A DNA stretch of 64,000 nt from Rhodospirillaceae bacterium (GTDB lineage: Bacteria; Pseudomonadota; Alphaproteobacteria; Rhodospirillales; Rhodospirillaceae): positions 16,113-80,112 of the forward strand of contig JAIBCD010000003.1 in NCBI GenBank assembly GCA_019694335.1. The letters run 5' to 3'. The notes under the pieces were generated by a model. The model was not told where the DNA came from. It ran no database searches and saw only the letters and a program-made list of their open reading frames with translations. Shown here piece by piece: positions 18,513 through 27,566 of this stretch (its first letter is position 1; each line of letters starts with the position of its first letter). A program made the translations under genes and the position numbers.

Positions 18513-19910
18513 ATGACGAGCAAGATCTGGGGTGGCCGTTTTTCCGCCGGACCGTCGTCGGTCATGGAGGAGATCAACGTCTCCATAGCTTTCGACCAGC
18601 GCCTGGCCAAGCAGGACGTGCGCGGCAGCCGCGCCCACTGCGCGATGCTGGTGGCGCAAGGCATCATCAGCAAGGACGACGGCGAAGCCATCCAGGGCGG
18701 GCTCACGCGCATCGAGAAGGATATCGCCGGGGGCACCATGCATTTCCGCCGGGCGCTCGAGGATGTTCACATGAATATCGAATCGAGGCTCAGCGATCTC
18801 ATCGGCCTGCCGGCGGGCCGCCTGCACACCGCGCGTTCGCGTAACGACCAGGTCGCCACCGATTTCCGCATGTGGGTGCGCGCCGCCATCGATACCCTGG
18901 ATGAAGAACTGGAGAAGCTGCAGTCGGTGCTGATGGACAAAGCGGAATCGGAAGCCGCCACAATCATGCCGGGCTTCACCCATTTGCAGGCGGCGCAGCC
19001 GGTGACCTTCGGTCACCATCTCATGGCCTACGTCGAAATGTTTGGCCGCGACCGCTCGCGCTTCAAGGACGCGCGCGCGCGTCTCAACGAATGCCCGCTG
19101 GGCGCGGGCGCCATCGCCGGCACCTCGTTCCCGATCGACCGCCACCTCACCGCCGAAAAACTGGACTTCGACCGCCCCATGGCCAATTCCATGGACGCCG
19201 TCTCGGACCGCGACTTCGCCATCGATTTCCTGGCCGCCGCCGCCGTCCTCGCCACGCATATGTCGCGCCTGGCCGAGGAAATGGTGCTGTGGGCCTCGGC
19301 CCAGTTCGGCTTCATCGCCTTCACCGATGCCTTCTCCACCGGCAGCTCGATGATGCCGCAGAAGCGCAACCCCGACGCCGCCGAGCTGGTGCGCGGCAAA
19401 GCGGGCCGCGTGTTCGGCGCGCTCACCACGCTGCTCACGGTCATGAAGGGCCTGCCGCTGACCTATTCCAAGGACATGCAGGAAGACAAAGAGGCGGTGT
19501 TCGGCGCGTTCGATACGCTGGAACTGTGCCTGGCCGCCACCACCGGCATGATCGTGGACATGAAACCCAGACGCGACCGCATGAAGGCCAGCGCCAGCGC
19601 CGGCTTCACCACCGCCACCGACCTCGCCGACTGGGTGACGCGCGTCCTGGGCGTGCCGTTCCGGGAATCGCATCACATCACCGGACGCATCGTGGCGCTG
19701 GCCGAACAGAAGGGCTGCGGCCTCGCGCAACTGCCGCTCGCAGACATGCAAAGCGTCGAGCCGCGCATCACCCAGGACGTGTTCAATGTGCTGACGGTCG
19801 AAGCCTCCGCCGCCAGCCGCACCAGCTTCGGCGGCACCGCGCCCGCCAATGTCATCGCGGCCGTCGCCAGCGGCCGCGAGCGCTTCCTTAAAAAGGGCCG
19901 CAAGTCATGA
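18513..19910 (+). CDS. argH: Argininosuccinate lyase
   Basis: 465 aa, IWGGRFS..., with fumarate-lyase signature [12 protein letters not shown]. Confidence 0.9.
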   Translation: MTSKIWGGRFSAGPSSVMEEINVSIAFDQRLAKQDVRGSRAHCAMLVAQGIISKDDGEAIQGGLTRIEKDIAGGTMHFRRALEDVHMNIESRLSDLIGLPAGRLHTARSRNDQVATDFRMWVRAAIDTLDEELEKLQSVLMDKAESEAATIMPGFTHLQAAQPVTFGHHLMAYVEMFGRDRSRFKDARARLNECPLGAGAIAGTSFPIDRHLTAEKLDFDRPMANSMDAVSDRDFAIDFLAAAAVLATHMSRLAEEMVLWASAQFGFIAFTDAFSTGSSMMPQKRNPDAAELVRGKAGRVFGALTTLLTVMKGLPLTYSKDMQEDKEAVFGAFDTLELCLAATTGMIVDMKPRRDRMKASASAGFTTATDLADWVTRVLGVPFRESHHITGRIVALAEQKGCGLAQLPLADMQSVEPRITQDVFNVLTVEASAASRTSFGGTAPANVIAAVASGRERFLKKGRKS

Positions 19911-20044
19911 AGCGTCTTCTGCACCTGACCTTCCTCGCGCTGCTGCTGGCCGATTTGACCTTGGGCCTCGCCGCCTGCGGCAAGAAAGAACCCTTGAAGC
20001 CGCCCGAAGGCTCCACTTACCCGCGGCGTTATCCGCCGCCTTAG
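19907..20044 (+). CDS. Small lipoprotein (45 aa)
   Basis: Below the ORF-track size cut-off. Own translation is [45 protein letters not shown], with lipobox L-A-A-C. The ATG overlaps the argH TGA (ATGA) and the gene ends 8 nt before the lysA ATG. Confidence 0.55.
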   Translation: MKRLLHLTFLALLLADLTLGLAACGKKEPLKPPEGSTYPRRYPPP

Positions 20045-20052
20045 GAAACGAC

Positions 20053-21348
20053 ATGCATCATTTCGTCTACTGCAAGGGCGTGCTCAATGCCGAGGACGTG
20101 CCGCTGCCCGAAATCGCGCGGGATGTCGGCACGCCGTTCTATTGCTACTCGTCGGCGACGCTCACCCGCCATTACCTGGTGTTCCGCGAGGCACTGAAGG
20201 GCCTGGACGCGACCATCTGTTTCGCCATGAAGGCCAACAGCAACCTCGCGGTGCTGCGCACCCTCGCCGACCTTGGCGCGGGGTGCGACGTGGTGTCGGG
20301 CGGTGAATTCGAGGTGGCGCTGCGCGCGGGTATGCCGGCCGCCAAGATCGTGTTTTCCGGCGTCGGCAAGACCGAGGAGGAAATCCGGTTGGCGATTTCC
20401 CGGGGCGTCGGCCAGATCAACGTCGAGTCCGCAGCCGAACTCGACACCATCAGCCGCATCGCGTCCTCGCTGGGAAGGACCGTGCGCATCGCGCTGCGCG
20501 TCAATCCCGACGTCGCCGCCGGCGGCCACGACAAGATCTCGACCGGGCGCAAGGAAGACAAGTTCGGCATCGACTGGTCGCAGGTGCCCGACCTGTACCG
20601 CAAGGCGCGCACGCTGCCGGGCGTGGCGGCCACCGCCATCGCCGTGCACATCGGCTCCCAGATCACGACGTTGGCGCCGTTCGAAGCCGCCTTCACCAAG
20701 GTCCGCGACCTGACCCTGCAACTGCGCGCCGAAGGCTTCACCATCGACCACCTCGACCTCGGCGGCGGCCTGGGTGTGCCTTACGACCATCTCTCCAACA
20801 CCCAGCCGCCGAGCCCGGCGGAATACGGCGACATGGTGCGCCGGGTACTGGGCGGACTTGGCTGCAAACTGGCGTTCGAGCCGGGCCGCGTGATCGTCGG
20901 CAACGCCGGCGTGATGGTGGCGAAAGTGATCGTGATGAAGGACTCGCCTACCAAGAAATTCGTCGTGATCGATGCCGCCATGAACGACCTGGTGCGCCCG
21001 GCCATGTACGGCGCGCGTCATGAAATCCTGCCGGTGGTCGAGCCGCCGATGAGCCCGGGCGCCCAGCCTGTCGATGTAGTGGGCCCGATCTGCGAGACCA
21101 GCGACCGCTTCGCCCAGGATTGCCGCCTGCCGCCCCTGAAGGCCGGCGACCTGATCGCCTTCATGACCGCGGGCGCTTACGGTTCGGCGATGTCCTCGAC
21201 CTACAACAGCCGGCCGCTGATCCCGGAAGTGCTGGTCCAGGGCGCGCGCTACGCCGTGGTGCGCCGCCGGCCCTCGATCGCCGAAATGCTGGCCCTGGAA
21301 CAGCTGCCATCCTGGCTTGCAGATGAGCAGGACGCCAAAACCGGCTGA
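20053..21348 (+). CDS. lysA: Diaminopimelate decarboxylase
   Basis: Trimmed to MHHFVYCKG at 20053 (431 aa). Motifs are GTPFYCYS, FAMKANSN and GPICETSDRF. Confidence 0.9.
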   Translation: MHHFVYCKGVLNAEDVPLPEIARDVGTPFYCYSSATLTRHYLVFREALKGLDATICFAMKANSNLAVLRTLADLGAGCDVVSGGEFEVALRAGMPAAKIVFSGVGKTEEEIRLAISRGVGQINVESAAELDTISRIASSLGRTVRIALRVNPDVAAGGHDKISTGRKEDKFGIDWSQVPDLYRKARTLPGVAATAIAVHIGSQITTLAPFEAAFTKVRDLTLQLRAEGFTIDHLDLGGGLGVPYDHLSNTQPPSPAEYGDMVRRVLGGLGCKLAFEPGRVIVGNAGVMVAKVIVMKDSPTKKFVVIDAAMNDLVRPAMYGARHEILPVVEPPMSPGAQPVDVVGPICETSDRFAQDCRLPPLKAGDLIAFMTAGAYGSAMSSTYNSRPLIPEVLVQGARYAVVRRRPSIAEMLALEQLPSWLADEQDAKTG

Positions 21349-21424
21349 TTCGGCGGGTACTGGCGAAGATCGGCGGGCTTTCGCCAGATTGAACGGGCCT
21401 TGCGGTGCCCGTACACTCGGGCGC

Positions 21425-23902
21425 ATGCAACAGGCTCCCTCATCGTCCTCCGTTCATGCCCGCCTCGCTTTGGCATGGCTCGCGCTCGCCTGGGAGCGGC
21501 TGTGGGTGCGCCTATGGCTGCCGGCCACCTGCACCGGTCTGTTCTTCGCCTTCGCCCTGACCGACGTTCTCACCGGCCTGACACCCTTCGTTCATGTCGC
21601 CGTCGTCGTGCTCGCGGCCGCGGGCATCGCCGCGCTGACCTGGCGCCAGGTCAAGGGCTTCGTGGTGCCGTCGCGCCACGAGGCGCGCGCGCGCCTCGAA
21701 GCCGAATCCCCGGTCGGCCACCGCCCGCTCACCGCCGTCGAAGACCAGCTGGTCGACAGCGGCGACGCGGTCCAGCAGGCCTTATGGGAAGCGCACCAGC
21801 GCCGTGCCCGCGAGGATCTCGCCCGTCTGCGCGCGCCGTCGCCCGCGCCCAATGTCGCCGCGCGCGACCACTTCGCGCTGCGCGCCGCGGTGATCCTGGC
21901 GTTGTTCGTGGCGCTAATCGGCGGCTCGGGAACCATCGGCACGCGCCTGGTGCGCAACATCGTCCCGTCGATGGTCAAGGCCGGCCCGGCCGTCGCCATC
22001 AAGATGTGGATCACGCCGCCGGCCTATACCGGCCGCTCGCCGGTTTACGTCGAGATCCCGTCGAGCGACGGGCGCGACCCGCCCAAGGCCCTCGAGATCG
22101 CCGACGGCAGCACCGGGCTGTTCGTCGTCACCGGCGCTCCCATGGATGCCGGCGTTGCGATGGACAAGAACCTGACGCCGCTCGAGCGCCTCGCCGACGC
22201 CAGCCAGCACGGCGAATTCCCGCTCAAGCCCGCCAAGCGCCTGGAGATCCTGCACGGCGGCAAGCCGCTGCACGGTTGGGACGTAACCTGGATCGCCGAC
22301 AAGCCGCCGACGATCGCCTTCACCGGCCCGGCCTCCGCCGCCACGCGCTGGCGCCTCAAGTTCGACTACAAGGCCAGCGACGATTACGGCATACAGACCG
22401 TTACCGCGCATATGACGCGCCCCGACGCACAAGAGCCGCTCGACGTCGAACTCAGCCTGCCGCCGTTCGCCTCGAAAGTGATCACCCAGTCGCCGGCCCT
22501 CGACCTCGCCGCGCATCCGTGGGCCGGCCAAAAGGTCAAACTCAGCCTCAAGGCCACCGACCAGGCCGGCCAGGCCGCCGAGAGCGATGTCATCGACGCC
22601 ATCTTGCCCGAGCGCGTGTTCACGCATCCGGTCGCCAAGGAAATCATCGCTCAGCGCAAGGCGCTGTTCGCCGATGCCGCCAAGAATGCCCCGGCCGCGC
22701 TCGCCAGCGTCACCCAGATGACCCGCAAGCCGGAGAGTTTCGGCGCCGATCCGCTCACCGACCTCGCCCTCGCCGCGGCGCGATTCCGCCTGCAGGCCGA
22801 GCCGCCGGCCGAAGCCATGGCCACCGTGCCCGACCTGCTCTGGCACGCCGCCGTGCGCATCGAGGATGGCAACCTCACGCTCGCCGAACAGCGCCTCGCC
22901 ACCGCCGAACAGTCTTTGCGCGACGCGCTCGAGAAAGGCGCTCCCCAGGAGGAGATCAACAAGAAGATTTCCGAATTGCAGCAGGCGTTGGCCGACTACC
23001 AGAAGGCCAAGACCGAGAAGCAGGAAAACAACTTCGCCGCCAACCAGGGCACGCCGCCAGACATCCAGAAGATGATGGAGCAGCTCAAGCAGATGAACGA
23101 GATGGGCGCCAAGGAAGGCGCCAAGCAGCAGCTCGCCGAATTGCAGGACCGCCTGCAGGAAATGCGCGACGAGAACATGGACCTCGAGAACGAAAGCGCC
23201 CCGGCCAAGGCCGCGCAGAAGCTGCTCGCCGAGATGCAGGACTTGACCAAGAGCCAGGCCAGCCTGATCGACAGGAATTTCGACAAGGCGCGCGCCGAGG
23301 AACTGCGCCGCCAGCAGCGCCAGGGCCAGAACCAGGCGCAGAACGGTCAGAACCAGAACCAGCGCCCCAACAACACCTCCAACCAGCGCCAGGATGACGC
23401 GCAGCAGCAGCAGAGCGGCGCGGACGCGGCCCAGCAGCAGGAGGCGTTGCGCCAGGAACTCGCACGCCTCAACGAGCAGATCCGCCAGATGGCCGGCAAG
23501 CCGCAGGGCTCCATGGACGAGGCCGGCGACGCCATGGCCGAGGCCCGCGACCACCTCAAGGCCGGATCATGGAAGAACGGCGTCGAGGCCCAGAGCCGGG
23601 CGCTCTCCAAGCTTCAGGAAAGCGCTGAGCAGGCGCAGCAGGATCTTGCCGAGGCGATGTTCAACAAAGGCTTCGGCGGCATGATGGAACAAGCCGGCAC
23701 GCCGCAATTCCGCTTCGGCCAGGGCCAGCGCGGCCGCGCCGCCGGCAACAACAACGATGTCGACGTACCGATGGGCGAAGACCCCGCCAGCATGGCCAGC
23801 CGCGTGCGCGCGATCCTTGAGGAGATCCGCACGCGCGCGAGTGACCGTACGCGCCCGGCGGAAGAGCAGGATTATCTCAAACGGCTCATGAAGCAGTTCT
23901 GA
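21425..23902 (+). CDS. Large membrane protein with Gln-rich low-complexity region (TIGR02302/DUF4175-like)
   Basis: Trimmed to MQQAPSS at 21425. It has N-terminal TM helices, then a long extracytoplasmic region with coiled-coil and Q/N-rich stretches (QRQGQNQAQNGQNQNQRPNNTSNQRQDDAQQQQ). This architecture and its position after lysA match my recollection of the alphaproteobacterial TIGR02302 family. Confidence 0.65.
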   Translation: MQQAPSSSSVHARLALAWLALAWERLWVRLWLPATCTGLFFAFALTDVLTGLTPFVHVAVVVLAAAGIAALTWRQVKGFVVPSRHEARARLEAESPVGHRPLTAVEDQLVDSGDAVQQALWEAHQRRAREDLARLRAPSPAPNVAARDHFALRAAVILALFVALIGGSGTIGTRLVRNIVPSMVKAGPAVAIKMWITPPAYTGRSPVYVEIPSSDGRDPPKALEIADGSTGLFVVTGAPMDAGVAMDKNLTPLERLADASQHGEFPLKPAKRLEILHGGKPLHGWDVTWIADKPPTIAFTGPASAATRWRLKFDYKASDDYGIQTVTAHMTRPDAQEPLDVELSLPPFASKVITQSPALDLAAHPWAGQKVKLSLKATDQAGQAAESDVIDAILPERVFTHPVAKEIIAQRKALFADAAKNAPAALASVTQMTRKPESFGADPLTDLALAAARFRLQAEPPAEAMATVPDLLWHAAVRIEDGNLTLAEQRLATAEQSLRDALEKGAPQEEINKKISELQQALADYQKAKTEKQENNFAANQGTPPDIQKMMEQLKQMNEMGAKEGAKQQLAELQDRLQEMRDENMDLENESAPAKAAQKLLAEMQDLTKSQASLIDRNFDKARAEELRRQQRQGQNQAQNGQNQNQRPNNTSNQRQDDAQQQQSGADAAQQQEALRQELARLNEQIRQMAGKPQGSMDEAGDAMAEARDHLKAGSWKNGVEAQSRALSKLQESAEQAQQDLAEAMFNKGFGGMMEQAGTPQFRFGQGQRGRAAGNNNDVDVPMGEDPASMASRVRAILEEIRTRASDRTRPAEEQDYLKRLMKQF

Positions 23903-23955
23903 GAACGGTGCGCGCGCCGTTTCCGCCCGGCGCGCGTTGGGCGAGGTCGCCCGCA

Positions 23956-24058
23956 GCTTGCCTCGGGACGTGCGGGCTATTTCGCCCACGGCTTGCCTTG
24001 GACGTGTGGGCTATTTCGCCCACGGCTTGCCTTGGACGTGTGGGCTATTTCGCCCACA
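23956..24058. repeat. Tandem direct repeat, three copies of 34-35 bp
   Basis: Copy 1 (23956-23990) is GCTTGCCTCGGGACGTGCGGGCTATTTCGCCCACG. Copy 2 (23991-24024) is GCTTGCCTTGGACGTGTGGGCTATTTCGCCCACG. Copy 3 (24025-24058) is identical to copy 2 except for its last base. Copy 3 contains the last codons and the TAG stop of the minus-strand gene 24045..26720. Confidence 0.9.
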
Positions 24059-26720
24059 CGATGCCGTAGCCGCCCTTGGCGGCGGACATCTGCGGCAGTT
24101 CCATCCGCAATTCGAACTCGCAGCTCGCTTTCGGATCCAGGATCGCGGAGCAGGCGTTGGCGCCGGCGTCCTGGATCACTTCGTGCTTCTCGTTGTAGAG
24201 CTGAAGCTTCAGGTTCGGGACGCTCGCCGGCAGGTCGCTGATGTTCGAGACGAAGCCGCGCACGACCAGCGTTTCCACGCCGCCGATCCGCTGCAGGCGC
24301 TTGGAGGATTCGGCGATCTTCAGGCCCTCGCCCTGTTTCTTGGTTTCGGCGCCAACCGACTGGTAGAAACCCTGGATGCCGGGCCACATGTCCATGAGCA
24401 GCGAACGGCCAAACCAGATCAGCCCGCCAAGGGCGATCACCGCCGCACCCATGACAGCGACAGTGACGTAGGCGGGATCGATCGGCTTACGCTTCGCGGC
24501 CTTGCCGCGCGCCGCCGCGGCGCCGCGCCCGGCACGGGCGGCGACGCTGGCGAAGCCGTCATCGCCCTCCTTCTCGTCCTCGTCCTCGGCCTCGTCCGCA
24601 TCCTCGTCTTCCGCGGCGCTGCCGCCGAAATCCGGCCGGTCGGCATCGGGGTCCACCAGGTCGTCTTCGTCGGCGTCTTTCGCGCCGGGGCCACCGTCGG
24701 CGCCGGGGCCGCCAGGACCGCCGTCGGCGCCTTCTTCCTTGGCCTTGCCTTTGGCGTCATCGGGATTGGCGGCGCCGGGGCCGCCCATGGCGCCACCCTC
24801 GCCGCCTTCGAAATCGTCATCGGCCCGCTTGGCGCGTTCCTCGGATATGAGGGACGCCTCGGGCTTGCTCGCCCCTGGGCCGCCCGAATCGCCGGGAGCC
24901 GTGGCGCCCGCGTCCCCGGGCGCTTGTCCCGGACCACCTGCTGCGCCGTGCTCGCCCGGCGCTCCAGCCGCGGCTCCGGAAGCACCTGGCCCGCCGGATG
25001 CACCCTCCGCGCCCGGCCCACCCGCCGCGCCGGCCGCGCCGAGCTGATCATCGCCCGGCTGGCCCGGCCCGCCCGCCGCGCTCAGCTGTGAGACGCCGGG
25101 CTGGCCCGGCGCCCCGGCCGCGCCCAGCGCGGTGCCGGGGCCGCCCATGGCGCCGCCGTCTTGCATCTGCGAAACCCCGGGTGCGCCCGGACCACCGGCG
25201 GCGCCCGGAACCTGTCCGTTCTGACCAGCGACCTGACCGGTCAATTGAGAAACCGCCGGACCGCCAGGTCCAGCCACGGCGCCGCTCATTTGTGAAACCG
25301 ATGGCGCGCCAGGCCCCGCCATGGCGCCTTGAGCGCGCATGGACTGCCCCGGCGCTCCCGGAGCACCTTGCGCCCCCTGATTGTTCATCCAGGACACGCT
25401 GCCTTGCCCCACGGCCTGGGCTCCCGCCTGGCCGCGCATCGACTGGGCGGCCATCGCGGCGGCTTGGGGACCGCCTTGAGCACCCATGCCGGGGGGCACG
25501 CCCATGGATTGCGCGGGTGCGCCAGGACCGCCCGGCCCTTGTTGGCCCATCCAGGACATGGCCGCGTCGCCCACGGCCTGGGCTCCCGCCTGGCCACGCA
25601 TCGATTGACCGGCCATCGCGGCGGCCTGAGGGCCGCCTTGGGCGCCCGCCTGCCCCATCATCGAGGCGCCGGGACCGCCGGCGCCTTGTCCACCCGTCTG
25701 GTTCATCCAGGAAACCGAACCCTGGCCCACGGCCTGCGCCCCCGCCTGGCCGCGCATCGATTGGGCGGCCATCGCGGCGGCTTGAGGACCACCCGCCTGG
25801 CCGCGCATCGATTGAGCCGCCATCGCGGCAGCCTGGGGACCACCCGACTGGCCGGGCATCGGCTGCAGGCCCATGGGAGCCGCCTGAGGACCGCCCTGGG
25901 CCCCCTGCAATCGGGGTATGCCCTGCACGCCGCCCGGCGCCCCCGGCGACAATCCGGACTGGCCAGGCTGGCCCGGCACGCCGAACGGCGCGGCCTGGGC
26001 GCCGGGCATCGGTTGGCCCTGCTGGTTGCGGGTCCAGGACATGGCGGCGTCGCCGACCGTCCCGGCGCCGGCCTGACCGCGCATCGATTGGCCGCCCATC
26101 ACGGCGGCCTGAGGCTGCCCCGCGGCGGCCGCCTGACGGGCCGCGCCCTGGAACCAGGGCTGGCCTGGCGGCGCGCCTTGGCCGGGGACCTGGCCCGGTT
26201 GGCCAGGTGCACCCATTTGACCGGGCATTTGGCCCGGCATCTGACCGGGTTGCTGGCCGCGCTGCGTTTGCCCTGGCCGGGGCTGACCATGGCTGGGACG
26301 CTGCATCAGGGAAACCGCGCCTTGCGGCGGCGGCCGGTCATTGGCCATTTGGCCGGATTGAGCGCCTATCTGCGCCGCCTGGACACGGTTCTGACCGCCG
26401 AGATCGCGTTGTTGGGCGCCCATCGGCGCGGCCTGGGCGCGATTCTGGCCTCCCATCTGGGCGCGCTGTTGCGGCGTCTGCTGCGCGGCCGCCGGCGCGG
26501 CACCGCCCATCGCGGCACGTGGCTGCGCCGCCTGTTGCGTCGCGGCCGCCTGCGCGGCGTATTCGCCGCCCATGATGGCGGCGAGATCCAGCGTTTCGAC
26601 CTGCGCCGTCTGATACCAGGAATGGCCACAGCTGGCGCACTTCAGCGCCCGGCCCTTCTTGCCCAGAAGCTCGGTCGGCAGATCGAAATGTGACGTGCAG
26701 TTAGGGCACGTAATACGCAT
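24045..26720 (-). CDS. Zinc-ribbon (MJ0042-type) / long disordered linker / TM / DUF3426-like protein (ZitP-like architecture)
   Basis: 891 aa. The N-terminus MRITCPNCTSHFDLP...LKCASCGHSW has two CxxC pairs. About 650 aa of G/P/Q/A/M-rich repeats follow, then an acidic stretch, one TM (VTVAVMGAAVIALGGLIWF) and a C-terminal domain ...VVRGFVSNISDLPASVPNLKLQLYN... Confidence 0.7.
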   Translation of the reverse strand: MRITCPNCTSHFDLPTELLGKKGRALKCASCGHSWYQTAQVETLDLAAIMGGEYAAQAAATQQAAQPRAAMGGAAPAAAQQTPQQRAQMGGQNRAQAAPMGAQQRDLGGQNRVQAAQIGAQSGQMANDRPPPQGAVSLMQRPSHGQPRPGQTQRGQQPGQMPGQMPGQMGAPGQPGQVPGQGAPPGQPWFQGAARQAAAAGQPQAAVMGGQSMRGQAGAGTVGDAAMSWTRNQQGQPMPGAQAAPFGVPGQPGQSGLSPGAPGGVQGIPRLQGAQGGPQAAPMGLQPMPGQSGGPQAAAMAAQSMRGQAGGPQAAAMAAQSMRGQAGAQAVGQGSVSWMNQTGGQGAGGPGASMMGQAGAQGGPQAAAMAGQSMRGQAGAQAVGDAAMSWMGQQGPGGPGAPAQSMGVPPGMGAQGGPQAAAMAAQSMRGQAGAQAVGQGSVSWMNNQGAQGAPGAPGQSMRAQGAMAGPGAPSVSQMSGAVAGPGGPAVSQLTGQVAGQNGQVPGAAGGPGAPGVSQMQDGGAMGGPGTALGAAGAPGQPGVSQLSAAGGPGQPGDDQLGAAGAAGGPGAEGASGGPGASGAAAGAPGEHGAAGGPGQAPGDAGATAPGDSGGPGASKPEASLISEERAKRADDDFEGGEGGAMGGPGAANPDDAKGKAKEEGADGGPGGPGADGGPGAKDADEDDLVDPDADRPDFGGSAAEDEDADEAEDEDEKEGDDGFASVAARAGRGAAAARGKAAKRKPIDPAYVTVAVMGAAVIALGGLIWFGRSLLMDMWPGIQGFYQSVGAETKKQGEGLKIAESSKRLQRIGGVETLVVRGFVSNISDLPASVPNLKLQLYNEKHEVIQDAGANACSAILDPKASCEFELRMELPQMSAAKGGYGIVWAK
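25311..26123 (-). repeat. Intragenic degenerate tandem repeats (coding)
   Basis: The peptide unit PQAA(A/V)M(A/G)(A/G)QSMRGQAG(AQAVG(Q/D)(G/A)..SWM) recurs at residues about 203, 295, 312, 363 and 418, with a partial copy near 458. The nucleotide repetition is also visible in the other reading frames of the ORF track. Confidence 0.7.
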
Positions 26721-26847
26721 TCATGACTCGCCGTTACGCGAAGTTTGAATTTCTATAATACAGGCAGCACCTTAATGGGAGCTAAACGGCCCGACCACGC
26801 TGGCGCAACCCCTTGCGCAACCGGAGGATTATGGAAACAGTGTCGCG

Positions 26848-27564
26848 ATGAATCCCCCCACCCCGCAAGTTGAAAAAAAGTTGCCAGGCGACACCATTTC
26901 CCTGAACCAGGTGGGCCTGCGTTACGATGGCGGCCCCGAGGTTCTGAGTGACCTCTCCCTCACCATCGCGCCCGGCTCCTTTCATTTCCTGACCGGCCCC
27001 TCGGGGGCGGGGAAAACCTCGCTTCTCAGCCTGATGTACCTCGCCAAGCGCCCGACCCGCGGCCGGGTGCTGTTGTTCGGCGAGGACACCACCGCAGCCA
27101 AACGGACCCGGCTGGCCATTATGCGCCGCAGGCTGGGAGTGGTGTTCCAGGATTTCCGCCTGCTCGACCACATGACCGCCTTTGACAATGTCGCGTTGCC
27201 GCTGCGCGTGGCCGGCGTCGCGCCCGGGGTGGTGCAACGCGACGTCACCGAATTGCTGAAATGGGTGGGCCTGGAAAACGAGATGGACAAACATCCCCCG
27301 GCGCTCTCGGGCGGTCAGCAGCAACGCGTGGCGATCGCCCGCGCGGTGGTCAACCGGCCCAAGCTGATCCTGGCCGACGAACCCACCGGTAACGTCGACG
27401 ACGCCATCGCGCTCCGGCTGATGACCCTGTTCGTCGAACTCCACAAGATCGGCTCCAGCGTCATCATCGCCACGCACAACCATGCGCTGGTCGAGCGCTT
27501 CCCGTTTCCGCGCCTGCATCTCGAGGACGGCGTGCTGACCCGGATGCCGGCGGCAAGGAATTGA
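26848..27564 (+). CDS. ftsE: Cell-division ABC ATPase FtsE
   Basis: 238 aa with GPSGAGKTS, LSGGQQQRVAIARA and ILADEPTGNVD. It is followed by ftsX. Confidence 0.85.
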   Translation: MNPPTPQVEKKLPGDTISLNQVGLRYDGGPEVLSDLSLTIAPGSFHFLTGPSGAGKTSLLSLMYLAKRPTRGRVLLFGEDTTAAKRTRLAIMRRRLGVVFQDFRLLDHMTAFDNVALPLRVAGVAPGVVQRDVTELLKWVGLENEMDKHPPALSGGQQQRVAIARAVVNRPKLILADEPTGNVDDAIALRLMTLFVELHKIGSSVIIATHNHALVERFPFPRLHLEDGVLTRMPAARN

Positions 27565-27566
27565 GT

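Noticed and set aside
21400-23554. 665-aa (+) and 546-aa (-) ORFs overlapping the TIGR02302-like gene
   Set aside because: They are alternative-frame artefacts with extreme Arg/Pro/Gly composition. The retained frame has TM helices and a coherent domain layout.
24437-26693. Several 180-525-aa ORFs in other frames of the ZitP-like gene
   Set aside because: They result from repetitive GC-rich codons being open in all frames. Only the 891-aa frame has a zinc ribbon, a TM segment and a folded C-terminal domain.
26772-26786. CtrA-like box TTAA-N7-TAAA in the ZitP-like/ftsE divergent spacer
   Set aside because: One half-site deviates from TTAA, and it is a single occurrence in an AT-richer spacer. 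That is insufficient without comparative or ChIP data.
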